The notes beneath the pieces are model-generated. The model was not told the DNA's origin. It searched no databases and was given only the letters and a program-made list of their open reading frames with translations. The translations under genes and the position numbers were made by a program. A DNA stretch of 64,000 nucleotides, filler included, from Porpidia crustulata (Eukaryota), in NCBI GenBank assembly GCA_964255105.1. It is 3 parts of 3 records of this genome, joined end to end, with 100 filler letters (N's around TTAATTAATTAA, not from the genome) between each part and the next. Parts side by side here need not be neighbours in the genome. Positions count along the whole stretch, not along the records: positions 1 to 22,312 come from CAXUWE010000089.1; 2 more parts are not named here. The stretch is one strand, 5' to 3'. Each line of letters opens with the position of its first letter. Within the stretch, counting starts at the first letter, position 1. Positions 1-13,558 of this stretch are shown here, piece by piece.

Positions 1-881
1 GATTAAACCACGCAACCGCCTGCTCCTCCGCCTGTAACCCCTGCTTCACCGCCACCTCATCATCCGGCTTCGCCCGCACCGCAAACCCATGCATCGCCTT
101 CGGAATCACCACCACCTCAAACATCTCACTCCCCTCCTTCTCCTCGAAAATCTCCCGCACCAGCTTCACTTTTTCTAACGGTAGCGCGATATCCGCATCC
201 CCGACCGCCACGCTCAACGGCACCTTCACGGCCTCGGCGTCCGCGGGGATCGTGAGCAGGCTCGGGTGGGCCGTGAAGCCGCAGTCGACCAGGCTTTTGT
301 GGGGTGTGGGCGCACACCAAAAACCCTTACTGGCCGCCCCCGCAGACGCCGGCGCCGCCGACGGGGAGGTCGGCGGCTTCGTGGGCGCGGAGGGTGCGGA
401 ACCAGGTGAAGACACGGGGTTTGGTGATGCCGGGGCGGACGCGGAAGAGGAAGGTGAGGAAGCCGGAGATTAGGGAGATGAGCGGGAGGCTGGAGGAGTC
501 GGGGTGTCAGCGCGCGTGGATTGTGGGGAAACCCGGATTGGGGTTTTGGGGAAGGGGGGATAGGACGGACATTTTCCCAACCATCCATCCGTTGCCAAGG
601 ATGGTATCCGTATGCGCCAAGAGCCCGGTATCCATCGCGGCCCCGTCCATGAATTCGGGCAGATAGACGCGGGAGTTGGTCTGCTTGGCGTATTTGTCGG
701 CCAGGATCCGGCTGTTGTTGAACTTCCAGCCAAAGGCATCTGGGACGATTACGATAATGCCCTTTGGGGATTGTCCGGAGGGGGGTTCGGTGATGTAGGT
801 CGGGAGGCCGTGAACGGTTTCTTCGCGGCCGGCGGGGGTGCCTTCGTGGAGGGCGCCGGATGCGCAGTCTCTACATGCCAT
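1..881 (-). CDS. Dienelactone hydrolase family protein; 3' end runs off the window; catalytic-motif segment is corrupted
   Basis: MACRDCASGALHEGTPAG...IIVIVPDAFGW...LADKYA; intron about 570-490 (GTCCGT...CTGAC...CCAG); downstream DCGFTAHPS and HGFAVR motifs. The expected GFCWGG reads GVCGGGQ* near 345-328. Confidence 0.8.
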
Positions 882-1151
882 GATGGTGTTGAATGATGGA
901 AGATGTGAGGGAGGGGAGTTGCGACGACGATGTCCCGTGGGGTGCACAAGGGTTGATAATATCCGGAGATCTGTTGTGGAGAGGTGGGAGATCGTAAAAA
1001 TATAACAAACATTATCATTACCTTACCTAATTCTGAGTCGCGGTAAAAATTCCGCCAAACGTAGCTTCTTTTCGCACCACACGTTTGTTGTTTTCCTTAT
1101 GAAACTACAACGAAGTAATCAGGCATATTGAAATAGCTTTCACTTTACAAA

Positions 1152-1735
1152 ATGGCGGCAGCTCCTATCCCGAACTTCACTCAGGCTTCACAGCTCGTCA
1201 AGGACGCCGCCACAGAAATTCAGCAACAGGTTCAAGCATTGAATACGACCCCAGCGGTTCAATTTCAACAAATCGCTCAACATCTACAACAAATTCAACG
1301 GCAGTTATATCAGATTAATCAGAATATTACGGGATTACGAAGTGAGATCAGAGCCTCGTAAGATCTTTAATAATCACTTCACTTTTATTGTTTTATCTAA
1401 CGCTGATAGTAATGCCAATTCGGTTGCCCGAGTACAAAATAGTCATGCAAAACTTTCACGAGACCCTCTTATACCGTTAGTGGACTCTACAAGTGGCGCG
1501 GTCATTCAAATTTTGCCAGTTGATTCGGATGCGATCAACCGTATGACAGGTAAGAAGAGAGCTAGTTTTTTTCGTGCTCCTTATATTAACAATATATATA
1601 GCAGCTCAAGTTAGGACAATACTACAGCAGTTGGGGCAGACTGTACCACAGAATCCAGGTGGAGGGGTCGGGTTTTGGAGGCGACAATTACGTATTCAAT
1701 TAGGAGTGCCAGCAGATCCACTTAATGTGGTTTGA
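1152..1735 (+). CDS. Small 3-exon protein: Q-rich coiled-coil N-terminus plus Mug135_C/DUF1773-like C-terminal domain
   Basis: Exons 1152-1357, 1410-1549, about 1602-1735, with GTAAGA donors and CTAAC/TTAAC branch sites. The spliced product contains NSVARVQNS...LIPL...ILQQLG...RRQLRIQLG. Domain call from recalled pattern. Confidence 0.65.
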
Positions 1736-2480
1736 TTGATAGTGGGTGGACAGGAACATCCCCGGCCAGTTTGGGCCATCTGCACAAGGTTCATGGTTCC
1801 AGCGGGTCCAAACATCGCCACGGCGGTTGGGTTTCTGTCAGGCACCGGCGAATGGGGCGATGGCTTCTGAGACAACCTCCAAGGCCAAGTCGGACGGATT
1901 GTGAAATGGCAGGCCCAACTTGATGATGCTGGGACTGGCCTCAAAGCTCATTTTTGGGCCGTTATATTTAGCAACGGCAAGAAGGTGCACGATGTTGCGT
2001 GGCTTGGGAGCGACCCAAAGAGCCGCATTGGCCTCAATCGCGATGCTCGCCCCGGCTGAATGTTAATAAGGAGTCTTACAACACTCTCAACATTGTAAAC
2101 CACATTTTCACTGCGTTTCACACAGTCATCCTGTAGCTTGAATGTGTCGCGAATATTTGCTTTCGATTAGTCGCCGAGGCTAGTGCCTAGCTATAAGAAA
2201 GTCTAGAGTAATGATTGTCTTCGCTGCTATGTTTCGTGTTAGGTTGTTCGTCGGAAGCCATGCTTTGCCCCTTGAGCGTATTTCAAATGTACTGGTATAT
2301 CAACATATATTATTGTCCATCTATCCCCAGGTGGAAATATACCTAGAACTTGTGAAATATAAGAATCGTTCACTATCCTCCGTGGATGTCTTGCATAGGG
2401 ACGCAAACGCTCAGGCACATGTAACGTATGAGGAAGTGGTCTCTGGATGCCACTATCGTCAAGGCTGTCATGTCTTTATA

Positions 2481-4454
2481 TTACCATCCAAATTTTTCAA
2501 TCTCCACATTCACATTCAGCCCAGCTTGCAGCCAAGACGAGCACATGTTTCTGACATCTCGGTTCATTGCATCTGGGCCAGAGCAAACAACTCCGATCTT
2601 GGCAGATTCTTGATATACAGATCGCTCATGGGTTTCGAGCCATTCGGTAATAAGCCCAGTAATTGAAGGATGGCCGCAATCGGCAGTAGGCGGAGGAACA
2701 ACGAGGTAAATGCCTTCGGCTTCGAGTGCCTCTAGATCGCCGTCTTCGAGCCATGAAAGATGAGATTGACTACGAACCACCCATACAAACAGGATTCGCT
2801 TTGTCGGTGCAGCCGTCCCTGAGCATTCCAAATCATGCACTCGAGAGTCGCTGATTAAGGACCAAACCAGAGGCCAGGTAACTGCAATTCCACTTCCCCC
2901 AGCGACTATGATGGACAAATCACTGTTCTGAAGTAATTCAACGGCAGTTTGCGAACCATAAGGACCATCAAGTCTTACGGTTGCTGCGTCGTGGCTCCTA
3001 GCATAGTTTCTCAAATCGCGAGAAAACCCGTCTTGAGCTCTGATTATCAGCTTCAGAATGCATTCTGAATCACCTTCGAGGGGGGCTCGTGAAGCTATTG
3101 TGAATGGATGGGCCTGCATAATATGCTTTGGTGAAAGCGCTGGTATGGTCACAAAGATGTGCTCCATAGCTTTCCATCCAATTCCGATACTGGATTTTAT
3201 AGGCCATTGAAAGATGTAGTTCTTTTCTGTGAGGGGTATTCTTGCCCATAGCACCACTGTCTCCTGGTCTTCTTTGACATGTAACGATGCTCTCCATGAC
3301 CCACTCTTGAGACCCATCCGGTAAAGAAGCCTATCGACAAGGTAAATGGCCAAAGCAGCAGCCACATAGAGTCGGCTGGTACTGTGATGGAACCAAACTA
3401 AGACTAGGGCAATGACTTGCAGAGCGACATGTATACCAAGGAAAAGTTCATACCATCTTTGACGAAAGCTTCCCAAGGAGGTGAAGTAGAGGGTCTCGTA
3501 GGCAACAAAAGCCCCTATACCGAGCATGATAATCTTGCTCAGTAAAAACCTAGCCAAGGTTAAGCCAGATGGCTTCAGGATGGTGTACCAAACTCCAATC
3601 ATCCCCACAGAATGTAATAGCGCAAGAAGACACATCACTTCTCCTAGTCGGCGATGGAATATATTCAGCGACTCGTACGAGTATCCCGTTAGAGCTTTGA
3701 TGGGTTGGTTTTTGGCCGCAAAAAGATACAGGAGGGGTAGATTGGCGATGAAGACCAGAGCAGTACGGTCCGCAAAGATGAAAAGCATTGATAGCGAGAA
3801 TGGTATATTCCATAGTGAGTAAAATACCTGTAGGGCTACGAAGATGAGGACGGCTATTGTGGTCCTGTTTGAGGGTAGAGATTTATTAATGTAGGGAATG
3901 GGCCGTGGCTGGTAGACAAGCCAGGCTCTTGAATTGTATATCAATGCTGATATCCAGGACGGCGCTGTAGAACGATTCGACTTCGCCAAAAGCGGGGTCT
4001 GCTCATTCTCTCGTGCATCTATGCTTAAGGCCTTGGGAGAACATGGCGAGCCTTGGAGAGTAGCATTTGATGATGATTTTCCACTATCGATTTCTTCAAT
4101 GACATGGTATATCTCTTGGTTTTTGGTGATCAACGTTTGATGGGGAATTGAATGTTTCGTCCGTATGTCCTTGGAGGCAAGTTTCCTTTTCCTCCAGTTT
4201 CGGAATCTTGACCCCCAATGCAGGACACTGAAACATAGCAACAGAGCCAACAGTACCAATTGGTAACTCAAAATAAATCTTCTAGAATATAGAATCCCCT
4301 CAATCAGTTTCCTGAGTCCGGGACGTTCTCCAGATGGGACTTCATTATGACTGATGAAGAGCGCGGTATCTGTGTCGATGCGTGACTGTGAGGCCGAACG
4401 TAGGGAGAGCTTCAAGATAGCATATAGTTCTGAGCTCGATATTTCGGTCTCCAT
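2481..4454 (-). CDS. Ferric/metalloreductase (FRE family), intronless
   Basis: Heme His residues in FHRRLG...LLHS and GIHVALQ...WFH; FAD-binding HPFTIAS; NADPH-binding DGPYG, AGGSGI, CSGP; terminal EKFGW. First ATG at 4454. Confidence 0.93.
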   Translation of the reverse strand: METEISSSELYAILKLSLRSASQSRIDTDTALFISHNEVPSGERPGLRKLIEGILYSRRFILSYQLVLLALLLCFSVLHWGSRFRNWRKRKLASKDIRTKHSIPHQTLITKNQEIYHVIEEIDSGKSSSNATLQGSPCSPKALSIDARENEQTPLLAKSNRSTAPSWISALIYNSRAWLVYQPRPIPYINKSLPSNRTTIAVLIFVALQVFYSLWNIPFSLSMLFIFADRTALVFIANLPLLYLFAAKNQPIKALTGYSYESLNIFHRRLGEVMCLLALLHSVGMIGVWYTILKPSGLTLARFLLSKIIMLGIGAFVAYETLYFTSLGSFRQRWYELFLGIHVALQVIALVLVWFHHSTSRLYVAAALAIYLVDRLLYRMGLKSGSWRASLHVKEDQETVVLWARIPLTEKNYIFQWPIKSSIGIGWKAMEHIFVTIPALSPKHIMQAHPFTIASRAPLEGDSECILKLIIRAQDGFSRDLRNYARSHDAATVRLDGPYGSQTAVELLQNSDLSIIVAGGSGIAVTWPLVWSLISDSRVHDLECSGTAAPTKRILFVWVVRSQSHLSWLEDGDLEALEAEGIYLVVPPPTADCGHPSITGLITEWLETHERSVYQESAKIGVVCSGPDAMNRDVRNMCSSWLQAGLNVNVEIEKFGW

Positions 4455-4606
4455 GATGCTAGCTTTGATAGTCCTCAAGGAAAATGGTCTTATCGCAGTG
4501 AAAGTGTGCCAAACATGATACAACGGGATTCCAGGTATCAATGACCCAAGTTGATAGATTGGCTTGATGAGGTCTAGGCGCGCGATTAGATCGTCCGAGA
4601 TCTGTA

Positions 4607-5240
4607 GGAGTATTCCCGGGCCCGTGCACGTTCCGGTCCTCTGCACACTTCACTTTACTACTTTCATCTTTCTTCAAAAATCAATTACAAATTCAATATG
4701 ACTTTAATTACGACAACGCTTGCAGATTTAGCTTTGTAAGAATCATTCAATTACACTGCAACTGCAAATAAATTCAATATCAATCGAAGCACGCTGTCAC
4801 GACGACATACTTGTTACGATCAGACCTTCCCCAACATCCCCAGCAGCACACCGGATCAAGGTGGTGCCGAGCCTAATGAGGCCTAGCGTCGCTCTAGCAT
4901 TGCCAATTTCCCATCACCCCAAATACCGCTCTGCATCCGGATTTCCTTTCTTCCTTAGCATTTATTTCTTCGTTGATTTACCCCCATAGCTAGGTAGTTA
5001 GGAGGCCCCTAACAGTTCCTAACAAATCTATAAAAGCTGAAAAACAATTTAAAGCTTTTAAGCAATTTAATAATTAATTCTTATAGCTTGAAAGCTTTAT
5101 ATAAATATCGACAACTCTTTATATTAATTGCAATTTTGATTTTACAAATGATGATTAAATAATAATAAAAATAGTATGAGTTACAAATCGGGTTTAGAAT
5201 GTGCACGGGACCGGAACGTGCACGGGCCCGGGAATACTCC
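4607..5240 (+). mobile_element. Non-autonomous, internally deleted pogo/Fot1-like (Tc1-mariner superfamily) DNA transposon
   Basis: 41-bp TIRs at 4607-4647 and 5200-5240 (2 mismatches); TA on both flanks (4605-4606, 5241-5242); transposase N-terminal HTH remnant 4698-4811 MTLITTTLADLAL*ESFNYTATANKFNINRSTLSRRH; AT-rich interior. Confidence 0.88.
4812..5024. mobile_element. Probable solo LTR nested in the DNA transposon
   Basis: Starts TGTTACGA and ends TCCTAACA (TG...CA, 7/8 inverted match); about 213 bp; more GC-rich than the surrounding element; interrupts the transposase frame. No matching TSD (ATACT vs AATCT). Confidence 0.6.
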
Positions 5241-5567
5241 TACCTTGGCGTGCTTGGCCCGTGCGTGCCCTGTCCTCACTTTAAATACCAAGCAATCAGC
5301 CCATGTACCCTGACTTTGTATATGTGACTTCATATAATCTTAGAAGAAGCTATTGGCATGAAGACACATGTAGCTATAAGTTACCTCAAATAATGATGAA
5401 AGTGAACTAGAACCCGTGAAGCTACCATACGCCGACCAGTGTAATCCAAGGCCCTGATCACCCACACCTCCCAGACCAAGAGCGAAATCACCAAAACTCA
5501 TTGCCGGAATAGGGATGCCTCCTACTAGCTATTTACAAGAAGAGGATAAACGAATGTAAAAATGTCG

Positions 5568-6976
<1,409 letters not shown>

Positions 6977-8535
6977 AATGATGGTTGAGCCGAAGCTGCT
7001 AAATAATGTATGAAATACAAATGGTCATATGAAGTGTAGGCCTGACCTGCGGTAGAAAGAATCTCGAGTCAACTCGTTGAAACAAAAAGAATCAGAGGAT
7101 TGACGGAAAGCAGGTCATCATATATAGGTGGAACCCAACTGACTGGTCACCGAGATTCTGCATGATGTCTGATTTACGTTGCATTGAAGAGTATGGAGGG
7201 TCATCTAGTAGCTCCGCAGGCATTCCTTTGACCATTCCAACCATGTTTGAAGTCCATAAGTTTCGAGTGACCACAACGGAGATTAGAACCCGACATGGAC
7301 TGAGTCCGGATAAGAAATAAACATTTTGGCAGGCAGAATGAAGACAGGTCTCGAAAATGGAAAGTTGAAACGTCGCGCAAGATGCCCCTCAAGGGAGACT
7401 TGACAAGGGGCAGCAGACGGTAGCCACCAGGAATGTGACGCTTCGAAGCCGCAGCGATCATACCTTCCTACCTCCTGACGATCTTTCATTTCTCAACTTC
7501 TCTCTATGTAGCCTACCGTGTACCGCTGCACGCTCAGCCTATGTTGACGCTTGTCAGTCCCAGCGTACAGAGCAATGAAGATTGTATTTGGGTCAGCCAT
7601 TGGCTGTACAAGTTCGGTGAACGTCCCCGTTGAGCGCGTCATTCCTTAGTATACACCACTAATGCTATCGTTAAAGGGCGCCCTATTGCGCAACGAACGA
7701 TCCAGGGCGACAATCCGGGAGGCACATGAGGTTTGGAGAAGAAGCATCTGTTCCTGTAAAGGAGGCTGTGTGATTCGATGCGGGCCGAATCTTACTAGCG
7801 TTGGTGAGCTGCCTGCCTTCCTAATTGAGACAGCACTTTGAGTGTCGAAATCTCGCTTGTGGCAGCAAGATTGTGTTCTCATTCGACTTGACGGCGAATA
7901 GGGAGCTCTTGACGCCGCGAATGTTGGTCACCGTCGACGAACATGGGGCGGAGGAGGGCAAGTCATGGGAAGGTTGCCGATAAGATACCGGATCATGGGC
8001 ACCCTCTCAAGGCCCATCACCAGCATGATATGCGCTCAGTGTAACATGCACGGTCCAAGTGTGGGTAACATACATTGCAACGATGGTATCGCTGCGCTTT
8101 GAGCTACTGGGCAGACTTTAGTCACCGGTTCTGTGGTTATCCGCGACTGCTTTCGAGCAAACAGGAGGTCCAGTTTCAGCAAATGCTACCTTGGACGCGA
8201 GGAACGGGTGCATGACCACCTTACTGGCCATGGACAAAACCGCAAGTGATGCAAGTTGAACCGGGCTTGGTGGACCTTCTCAGGTCAAAGGTAGTGTGCC
8301 AACCACGCCAACCCAAGATTGGGTTATACCTAAGTAGATTCAATGTAGCCGTTTTTCGATCAAAAGACTAATCATGTGATTATCAATATGAAGTCCGGAC
8401 ATTGCTCCGCTTTCCGTTCCAATCAAGCCTTAGATACCTTAATCCACATTTCAATAAGGTAATGATCCTATACTTGACTATTTATTCCAAAGATACGCTC
8501 CTATACAACACTACGGACATAGCATTTCCTGACCC

Positions 8536-10791
8536 TTACCAGCTTTCCCACTTCTGCCCTCCAATTGCGATCAAACGATTGAACAACGGATCCCTCAACT
8601 GCAGGGCAGTCAATTTCCACGCCTTCCCACTTCGATCTACAATTTCCAATCCATCCGCAACGTTCCTGCCAGTCGCCCAACCGACTACCAGTTTCGCCTT
8701 CCAACCCAAACCCCCAACTTTCTTGAGTTCTGTGATGTCCTGAATTGGAACGCTGAACACGGCATTTCTCTGCTCCGTTATACCTGATCCATCGCTTGCA
8801 GTCTTTGAGAAAGAAACTACAGGCACTCCTGAGCCGGTAGAGATGTACACCCAGCCTTTGTTGCCATTATGGCGGGCTTTGAAGTCAACAGGGCCGGTGG
8901 GAACCTGTTCATTTGGTTTGGGAAGTATACCAAGGTGGTTTTTGGCGTGCTCCGATCCGACTTTTGCTCTTACTTTGTCCACACCTAGTTTTGTTTCAAT
9001 ACCTGTCTTTGTAGTGCCTTTGAAGAACCCTAGGATATGCTCGCCATGGCGATGCTTGGGCTTTTCATCCGCTGCTTTCTCCTCGGCAGCTTTTTCGGCA
9101 GGATCCTTATGAATTGCTTCGTGAATTTCTTCATTCGACGCATCGAGTGCAAGATCATCTGCATCAAGCTCTTTAGGATTTTCGGGGGGAGGTTCGTCGG
9201 AAGATGGTGGAGGAGGTAGAGGAGCCTTATTCGCTTCACCGATACGAAGAAGAGTAATCGTAAGTTGGGCATTCGTAGGTACACCTTTGAGGATTGTACT
9301 AGAACGAGTCAACATTGATGGACCATGCAATGCGCAATGCAACTTACTTCCTCAGCTCGAGAAATCTTTGCCAGTTCGGAACATAGCGGTTCAATAGATC
9401 CAGCCCACGCCAGATAAGAGGGTCACCAAAGAACCCAAAACCAATACCAGCGGAGCTCATTTTCATAATCATGGCAGGCGTAGTAAATAGACCCACAGCC
9501 ACAGCTGGGACCAAAATCCCAGCAAGCCTCAAGCGATAAGTCTCTTTCGGGAAAGGGGGTGTTGGTGATAAAGCGCTGCAGGAAAAGTAAGCTTGACGAT
9601 GGAGAAACCAAATAAACAAGCATACTTCGCGAAGCGTTCCCAGCCGTCTGCAATTTCACCAATTATGTGCATAGCGGGTCGCATCTTTGCCCACATTGCT
9701 TCCTCCATTGGCTGCTTGGTTTTGTCGTGATGAGCGGCTACTGCAATCTCATCAGACGGTGTTTCCTGATTAATTTCGCCACTAGCAGGCATACCACCAC
9801 CCGTCGAAGCCTTCGCTGTAGCACCCGCGCTCGCCAATCGGGTAGGGTCAGGTACAGACTTGCTCAGCGTATCATCCTGCTGATCCCCCCGATCATGTTT
9901 GCCGGTTGCGCTGCTCAAAGCGATCGATCCAATCCCTGTGACAAAGTTGCTGGCTTCCTGCTCAACAGCTTCTCCTTTATGTTTCTCTGGGGCTCCCGTC
10001 GCACTATCATGGCTTCCTAGGACACCAGCTGAGGGTGATTGAGCGCCACCAGTCTTAGAGTCGACCAAAGCAATTGGTGCTGGAGGAAAAAGGAGCGGGC
10101 GTGATGGGGGGTACGCTATCAGGACTATGATGGTCATGAAAAACGTGGGTATCAGCAGGTTTAAAATCCATGCCAAAGCATAAACCTGCGTTTATGTTAA
10201 TTCAGTGTCTGGGAGCGGGGACCAGTCTTGCTTGCTTACACCAGCGAAAGCTGCCGTACGCCTGGGTTCCCGCCATGAACGGAGACGAGCTATATGTTTC
10301 CCAAAACCTATCAAACCGATGATGACAGTCATGTAAAGTCTTTCGAGACTGCTTCGTAGCTTGTCTGGGGAGAAATCGTCCTCCTCCACAATGTTAAGGT
10401 CGAGACTTCCAGGTAGCGGGCCCGTAGTCGCCTTGACACGGTACATTTGTTTATCAAAGCGTCTGACAAGCGTCCATAACTCGTCATTCGGAAGTCCTCC
10501 AACCATAGTGGGCACATGTTTGGGATTGGAATCCCATCCCAGATCTTTCACGTCATCCGAGGCGTTATGTTGGGCAGCGCCCTTTTCCTCATGGTCCGCA
10601 ACCGCCAGAGCATGACTATCAGACGGAGCGTTCAGTGCAGATGTACTCGAGGTGGGCGTATTGAAAGTAGAACTGTTTGTTGTCGAAGGGCGTGTAGTGT
10701 CGCCGAGCGGGTTTAGGTTGGATTGGTGTTCCAGTAGGTCGTCGTCGGGAATGGGACCACCGTCCTTGAATACATATCCAGGCATAGGCAT
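8536..10791 (-). CDS. DUF3292-family conserved fungal membrane protein, about 4 exons
   Basis: Successive minus-strand ORFs joined by GT..AG introns. Motifs LWTLVRRFDKQ, FSPDKLRSSLERLY, RLRSWREPRRT, WERFANALSPTPPFP, LKGVPTNAQLTITLLRIGE, LFNRLIAIGGQKWE. Confidence 0.82.
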
Positions 10792-11348
10792 TGTAGCTAT
10801 GTGTGAATCAATCCTATTTTGAAGGTAATTAGGAATATGTGAACGAGGTAGTTACTATACGCGACCGGGAATCAAGAGAAAGTGAATGGGACTGATCAAT
10901 GACATCATACCCGACGCGATACTCTCACTCTACGCAGTCTGCCTTATCTTATCTTGAGCCTTCGTGTTTTAATCATAGAATGTATGCGACTTGAACGACA
11001 TACCTCCACGCTTACAGAGTAATGGGACATTGCTCACAGGATTTGAATTGATCCGGTCTTTTACGAGATTCGGCTGTAGCAGTACTACCATATAAGTAAT
11101 CAATCCAAAAGCGTACCAATTCATCTACAGCAATATACTGCTTGGTTCCGGCCGTCACTGTTACAATAGGGCGGGTAGCAGTTACACGAAGGAAATGCAA
11201 ACGCCTTGACTACCATCCCAGTCATGACCACTATGCTAGACTTGAGGGAATGAAAACGCAACGATCAACATAGGAAAGACGGTTTATCTTACGCCTTGTA
11301 AGGTTGGGGTGGTGGGGTTCAGAAGTTTATTGAACGCTCTGAAGAGCT

Positions 11349-12986
11349 TCATTTCAATTCTCCCAAGTAGTGCTGGATGTTCTTGAGCTCAGTACTGACG
11401 AGGTCTCCAACTAGTTTGGACGTGGCTTTAGGGGCGGTATGCTGCTGGTCGAATATCTCGCTCATGTTGGACGAACCGCCTCCGTTCCATGCAAGAATCT
11501 ACACGACGACGGGTCAGCGATGTGTCAAAGAAGAGGGAGTTAAATCCGAAATCAACTCACATTTTTGGTGTCAGACGGAACGTCCGTTAAGCTGCCCTGA
11601 GTTGCAACAGCGAGGAGGTTGTTCTTAAGCTGCTTAGGCGTGATGTCCGCAACAGCAAAAGCTGAATCCTTTGATGGTTGTAACGAGAGAAAGTAGGCCA
11701 GAAGACCAGCAATATGAGGAGAGGCCATGGATGTACCAGAGATCGTGTTGACGGCAGTATCACTGCCAATCCACGTAGACATTATATTAAGACCAGGCGC
11801 AAAGATATCGTTACACTTTCCAAAATTGGAGAAGTACGCACGCTCGTCGGCGAGAGTGGAGGCGCCAACGGTGACGGCCTTCTCTGCTGCCGCAGGCGAA
11901 TAGCTGCAAGAGTCTGCGTTATCGTTTCCGGCAGCAACAGCGAAATGGATTCCGGCATCAACGGCAGCATTGACAGCAAGATCAAGGGTGACAGATTTGC
12001 CACCTCCAAGACTCATATTTGCAGCACTTCCTTTGAAGCCTTTCTTGCCCTTGCCTTTCTTAGCGAGTGCGACTTGCTCGGAATGTCTGATGGCTGCCCA
12101 TTCCACGCCCTTGACAACGTCTGACATTGTACCTGATCCGTTTGATTTGAGAACTTTGACAGCGTAGATGCTCGCCTTTTTGGCAACACCATACTTCTTA
12201 CCGCCGATCGTGCCAGAGCAATGAGTGCCATGGCCATTCCCATCAAGATCTTCATCGTTGGCAGGAATGGTCTTGCCCCAATGAGCCCTTCCTTCGAAGT
12301 CGACATGCTTCACGTTGGTACCAGTGTCAATGACATAGACATCAACACCTTCCCCACCATCGCTAGAGTATAGATACTTGCTGAAAGTGCCGAGAGAGAG
12401 GCTGTCACGGTGTGATATTCTCGCCAAACCCCAGGGGGCATTCTTCTCAATCTCCCCGTCCATCATAGTGTGGACTTCGGAGTCTTTCTCGATGTATGCG
12501 ACCTAAGCAGTCCTTAAGTTAGTGGTATACTTCCACACGTTCGCAAGGCTTATGACAAGAAAAGGAAGTGGCCACGTGCTGAGTGACCATGGAGATAGGG
12601 GAATAGGTGCTTGAACTTACGTCTGGGTGGCGGCGAACTCTCTCGATAACATCTTCATCAAAGTGTCCAGAATACCCAAGGAGACTGCCTGCAATATTGT
12701 ACGTATGCTTTAGCCCACTGAAGGTCGACATTGATATTCGGGATCGCTTGGCTAGATCCCTCTTAGTCATCTCGACCTCGACATGCTGTTTGTTCACCCA
12801 GTCGTGATGGGCACAAGCCGAGGCGTGTGAAACATCTTTCTTGAATATCACAATGTATGAGTCGGGAATCTCGAGGGAAGTCGACGAAGAGAGAACTGGA
12901 GCGGCATCGTTGTGAATGGAGTCAACAAAGATTGGAGACGCCGAAGTCAGTAGCGGCAATAGAGATAGGGCAAAGAGTCCCTTCAT
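11349..12986 (-). CDS. PRB1: Vacuolar subtilisin-like serine protease (S8, proteinase B/PepC/Alp2-like), 3 exons
   Basis: Signal peptide and I9 propeptide; catalytic motifs VIDTG, HGTHCSG, GTSMASPH. Exons 12986-12621, 12502-11561, 11498-11349. Confidence 0.93.
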
Positions 12987-13558
12987 GATGGGGATACTGC
13001 GTCTCAAGGTCGTTCGATGAACAGAAATGTATACGGAGTGTTCGACTAGATGTGCTCCGGTTTATTGAGCGATTCAAGAGGGTCAAGGAGAGCGTGAGGA
13101 TGATAATGACGATGCAGGTGGATGATAAGAAACAGCTCTCGGAAGGTTTGGGGGTATGATCACTGATCAGGCAACCGGCGGGCGGCTATGCGCTAGCGTC
13201 AATAGCTAAAATCTTGGGAAGGCTGGGATTCGATAGCGAGGGATCTCTCGCGAGGCCACAGCATTCTCACAAATACGGATATACTGCGCAATACAACTGT
13301 TTGCCCGACACTCAACGGCACTTTGGAGTAGCATCTGAGTTCCGGGTGTCGTTTGTCATGACAAAGTGTTGTGCAGATGCGGATCAGGTGTTTCGGACAT
13401 ATTAGCCCCCTCTGAATTTCATCAATGACCTGGCTTAAGTTCAAAGCACGAGATCGCGGCACAAGACCGAATTGCAACTGCATATGTGGCGGAAGCCCAT
13501 GTCACCATGCAGATGATAAGGCGAGCTGAAGCTGCTTGTTGATCCATCCGTAGTGATC

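Noticed and set aside
4455..4646. 64-aa N-terminal extension of the ferric reductase in the ORF track
   Set aside because: It begins at a non-ATG codon inside the transposon TIR; the first ATG is at 4454.
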